IMG/VR virus record: IMGVR_UViG_3300016722_000162
Location: 1-38,995 of that record
DNA length: 38,995 nucleotides
Source of the DNA: a virus
Taxonomy: Duplodnaviria > Caudoviricetes
Reading direction: 5' to 3' (one strand)
Position 1 is the stretch's first letter, and every line of letters begins with the position of its first letter. The notes beneath the pieces are model-generated. The model ran no database searches and was not told where the DNA came from. It worked only from the letters and a program-made list of their open reading frames with translations. Shown one piece after another: positions 35,848-38,995 of the stretch. The position numbers and the translations under genes are program-made.

Positions 35848-36486
35848 TCATTTGCCATCAACCAGTTTTTCGTAATCGGATATTTTTGTTGTTAGCGCAT
35901 CAATATTTTGACTATCGGGTTTAGCTTCAGCTTGGCTGGCTTTATCAAGTGCAGTTCTAACATCAGCAGGCGAGATTTCTTTTTCTAACCACATCGATGC
36001 AGGATTTTTCTCAAACCACTCAAGTGTATATGCTTGATTTTTATGCAAAACAGCATATGGAGTTATAAAGTGTTCAAGAATTTTGTTCATATCCCCCGAG
36101 TACAACAAGTCTATTTCCTCTTGGCTAAATGGTGCAAACTCTTCACCGGCACTCCAGTTTGCTTCTTCGAAGGCTTTTTTTGTTATCGCAAATTCGTTGA
36201 TAAAGCTTAAGATTGTGTAATAATTTTCCGAGCTCATCAAATTTTCCGAAGATTTGTGGCTTTCAAGATAATCAACTTTCGCTTTCCACTGTTCTTCGCT
36301 GATAAGATCGCTGAATAATGAGCTGATTCCGCCAAATGAAGTGTTAGGATTGTATAAAGTGTTCCAAACGGTTTGTTCGCCACCGTATACATTTTGATCG
36401 TCGTCGTTTTGGGCTGATGTGTTTCCACATGCAGATAACGCAATAATTATCATTGACATCAGAACAAACAGTATGCATTTTTTCAT
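35848..36486 (-). CDS. Lipoprotein of unknown function
   Basis: MKKCILFVLMSMIIIALSAC lipobox; acidic helical body. Confidence 0.85.
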   Translation of the reverse strand: MKKCILFVLMSMIIIALSACGNTSAQNDDDQNVYGGEQTVWNTLYNPNTSFGGISSLFSDLISEEQWKAKVDYLESHKSSENLMSSENYYTILSFINEFAITKKAFEEANWSAGEEFAPFSQEEIDLLYSGDMNKILEHFITPYAVLHKNQAYTLEWFEKNPASMWLEKEISPADVRTALDKASQAEAKPDSQNIDALTTKISDYEKLVDGK

Positions 36487-36501
36487 ATCCCTAGCTCCTT
36501 T

Positions 36502-38076
36502 CTAATTATAAGTTGAAGTATCCCCAGAGAATGATACTCCCGGAAATAGTTTTTGTGGATTTTCTGCTCCGCTCGGATTGTTATATTCCGAACTCGTTCC
36601 ATCGCTGATAACGGCAAAATGCAAATGTGGACCCGTCGAATCACCAGTTGTCCCAACATAGCCAACAATTGCGCCTTCACTAACACTATCTCCAACATCA
36701 TATGAGGAAGTAGCGTTCATATGTTTACACGAGTAGCGAAGCAGGTATCCACTTGTTGGATCATAAGATGATGACGTTCGAATAACTATGAAATTCCCTT
36801 CCGATGAACGGTATTCACTAATCATGACAACGCCACTGCTTGGTGCATGAATAGCCCTCCCATTAATACTTGTGCCGTGACCAACAATATCGATTCCATA
36901 GTGTGTCGGACGCGTTGGTAGTTTATAACCTGAAGATATATAATCATAGTACGAAGAGCTGACAAACATATATGACCAACCAAGCTTAGCATAATTCAGC
37001 CAGGAGGAGTCTGTTTTTACGAAAACCCATTTACTGTACTCCGCCCCGCCATTCATATGCTGATCCACATCATAATCCGGGTGATCCGAGCAAACTTTCA
37101 TCCCTCTGCTTAAGTAACTTGCCTGAACAGATAAACGGAAGGTTCCAGCGTCGCTCTGATCTCTAACAATATACCACTCACAATCGTTCGCTATATTATC
37201 CGGATCTGAACCAGTCCCTGTTGTATAGACTGTTATGTTCTGCCCTGATTCATCAGCTGCAGGGTAAGGCGGATCATCACCATGTGTGCCACTTACATGC
37301 AGCGCCAATGTTGTACTATAATTTGGTCTTAGGACGTACCGACCATTGCCAAGATAGGTTACATCCCACTTTTGGTTATTCCCCCCAGTATATGGGCTGC
37401 AATTGACATTTGTATCGTTTGCCGTTCCCGATCCATATACGGTTAAGAACTCCCCTGTATCATAATTTTGTATGTAATACTCATCTGATGATAATGTATT
37501 AGTCATGCTCCCAGTTTGAAGAACTAATAGCCAATATTCGTACTCACTGCCACTTGTTTCAGTGCTAACATACACAGACCCAGACGAATTGCATGTTAGG
37601 ACGAGATTTGGATTAGATTTCAAACGAATAATATAATGTTGCCCATCCGGCACGTAGTCCAAAACCCAAAGTTGGCAATCGTCTGCAGCCGCGAGTTGGC
37701 TATAAATCTCGACATTCGCACCACTTTGTAACGGAGTCTTGACATCAAGTACCTTGGTGCTTGATGTGTATAAATATAGACGATAAGCATCATTCGAACT
37801 GTCATACTCCATTCGCCATTCTTGCTCTTCGCTACTGTCTTGAACCTCAGCATTCACATCAGTATAGTTGGCTGGATTTGGAGCTGCCCCCGTAGAATTC
37901 AGGTAAAGATTTGTTGCTTTGCACTTTAGTTCATACCTAAACCCGTCTGAGACGCCTGCTTGCTCTGCTGGGTTTGAAGTTGCTGTATAAGTTTCTCCAT
38001 ACGCTGGTACCAGATTAATCGAAAGCAAAAACAAGATAGTCAAAATTGCAATTCCAATTTTTCTTTTCTTCCTCAT
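36502..38076 (-). CDS. Secreted protein with two ricin B (beta-trefoil) domains and C-terminal M23 peptidase
   Basis: Signal peptide; repeated QxW motifs (QEW, QLW, QKW); HYGID, HM, GTTGDSTGPHLHF; AGGAGG RBS. Confidence 0.88.
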   Translation of the reverse strand: MRKKRKIGIAILTILFLLSINLVPAYGETYTATSNPAEQAGVSDGFRYELKCKATNLYLNSTGAAPNPANYTDVNAEVQDSSEEQEWRMEYDSSNDAYRLYLYTSSTKVLDVKTPLQSGANVEIYSQLAAADDCQLWVLDYVPDGQHYIIRLKSNPNLVLTCNSSGSVYVSTETSGSEYEYWLLVLQTGSMTNTLSSDEYYIQNYDTGEFLTVYGSGTANDTNVNCSPYTGGNNQKWDVTYLGNGRYVLRPNYSTTLALHVSGTHGDDPPYPAADESGQNITVYTTGTGSDPDNIANDCEWYIVRDQSDAGTFRLSVQASYLSRGMKVCSDHPDYDVDQHMNGGAEYSKWVFVKTDSSWLNYAKLGWSYMFVSSSYYDYISSGYKLPTRPTHYGIDIVGHGTSINGRAIHAPSSGVVMISEYRSSEGNFIVIRTSSSYDPTSGYLLRYSCKHMNATSSYDVGDSVSEGAIVGYVGTTGDSTGPHLHFAVISDGTSSEYNNPSGAENPQKLFPGVSFSGDTSTYN

Positions 38077-38277
38077 TTTGTTACCTCCTAATATTTTACC
38101 TAATCTTATAAAACCTCCTTTCGTCTGAATTTTCACACTATTATTGTAGCACATAATTGGCATCGTGCACGCTATATGGCGAAACTCGTATGTCTACATG
38201 GTGAAACTCGTCTTTTTTTGTCGTTTTCACACAGTTTAGGATAAAAAAAGAAGCTCTGAAGAGCCTCTCATGGTGCT

Positions 38278-38556
38278 TTAGCTTGCGAAAGATTGCAGCG
38301 TTAATATCTTTGGAATAACATCCGCATAGAAATCAAGCTCAAACGGGATACTGAGGTTTTGAATCGAGCCATCACTTAATTTTTTGCTAAACTCAAAAAC
38401 GTTTACCCCAGTGATTGATCTATCTTTTTTATCATAAAAAACCCATACACCGCTATCAAATTCACGCCCTATCGATCTCGGTGATGCTTGAAGCGTGACA
38501 TATAAAATGTCACATTCCCTGTCATAATCAACATGTATTACTTGTTTCTTTTCCAT
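38278..38556 (-). CDS. DUF2283-like protein (putative antitoxin)
   Basis: YDRECDILYV...ITGVNV motif. Confidence 0.8.
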   Translation of the reverse strand: MEKKQVIHVDYDRECDILYVTLQASPRSIGREFDSGVWVFYDKKDRSITGVNVFEFSKKLSDGSIQNLSIPFELDFYADVIPKILTLQSFAS

Positions 38557-38942
38557 TTTACTCCACCTGCATCATTTGAAACGTTAAAGCCCGTCCATGA
38601 AGATGCTACTCTTCCAACTGGATCGTCGTCTGAAGGCATAAACACTGAGGCGTGTGCATAAACAACTTCTGAAATGTCGGGATCCAGATACTCTCGAATA
38701 TAAATTTCCTTCTCGGGTTCTTTCTTATGTTCGTAAATAGCGTCCGGATAATTAATGGTATCGTGCAAATCCTCTAAGGTTATCTCAGCGTCGTGTTTGG
38801 ATTGAATGTGCGCCCATCGCTCTTCGGTGCATATCACCGTGTAGCCTTCGCGACTCCAAACTTCTAAAACTGGACTGCGTCGAAAAACGAGCACTGGGTA
38901 ATGTAATTTCATATGCATAGAAAGGGAGATTACAAATGCCAA
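38538..38942 (-). CDS. Putative RelE/BECR-fold nuclease (toxin partner of DUF2283); start uncertain
   Basis: TEERWAHIQSKH...TINYPDAIY pattern; overlaps DUF2283 gene. Confidence 0.6.
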   Translation of the reverse strand: MAFVISLSMHMKLHYPVLVFRRSPVLEVWSREGYTVICTEERWAHIQSKHDAEITLEDLHDTINYPDAIYEHKKEPEKEIYIREYLDPDISEVVYAHASVFMPSDDDPVGRVASSWTGFNVSNDAGGVKWKRNK

Positions 38943-38995
38943 GCAATAACTCGAAGTACACAGAAGAAATGAGAACCCAAACAGCGGAGTTCATC

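Overview
Bases 1-35593 are most of a temperate siphophage prophage from a low-GC Gram-positive host (Bacillota, probably Clostridia). The minus strand carries lysis, tail, head, packaging, replication and early genes. The plus strand carries a cI/ImmA immunity module, accessory genes and a tyrosine integrase, ending at an att site that is the 3' half of a tRNA-Lys(CTT). The other prophage end lies left of the window. Beyond att (35594-38995) are a secreted ricin-lectin/M23 peptidase with a lipoprotein partner and a probable DUF2283-type toxin-antitoxin pair. Main observations: (1) the terL Walker A codons are interrupted by a 5-nt insertion (ACA-TGA-CA-ACA) just downstream of a free-standing HNH endonuclease, a candidate miniature endonuclease plus ribosomal-bypass cassette; (2) a group I intron with a NUMOD4-HNH ORF and no apparent P9 splits a MuF-type minor capsid gene whose second exon encodes an HEXXH metallopeptidase, followed by a candidate immunity gene; (3) an AbiF/Abi_2 HEPN gene has a structured, terminated leader RNA; (4) a 520-bp lipoprotein cassette is flanked by a duplicated ImmA 3' end; (5) three covarying hairpins precede the scaffold gene; (6) a -1 tail-chaperone frameshift site; (7) two short promoter-terminator antisense units. 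All family assignments come from motif recognition by eye; no searches were run.
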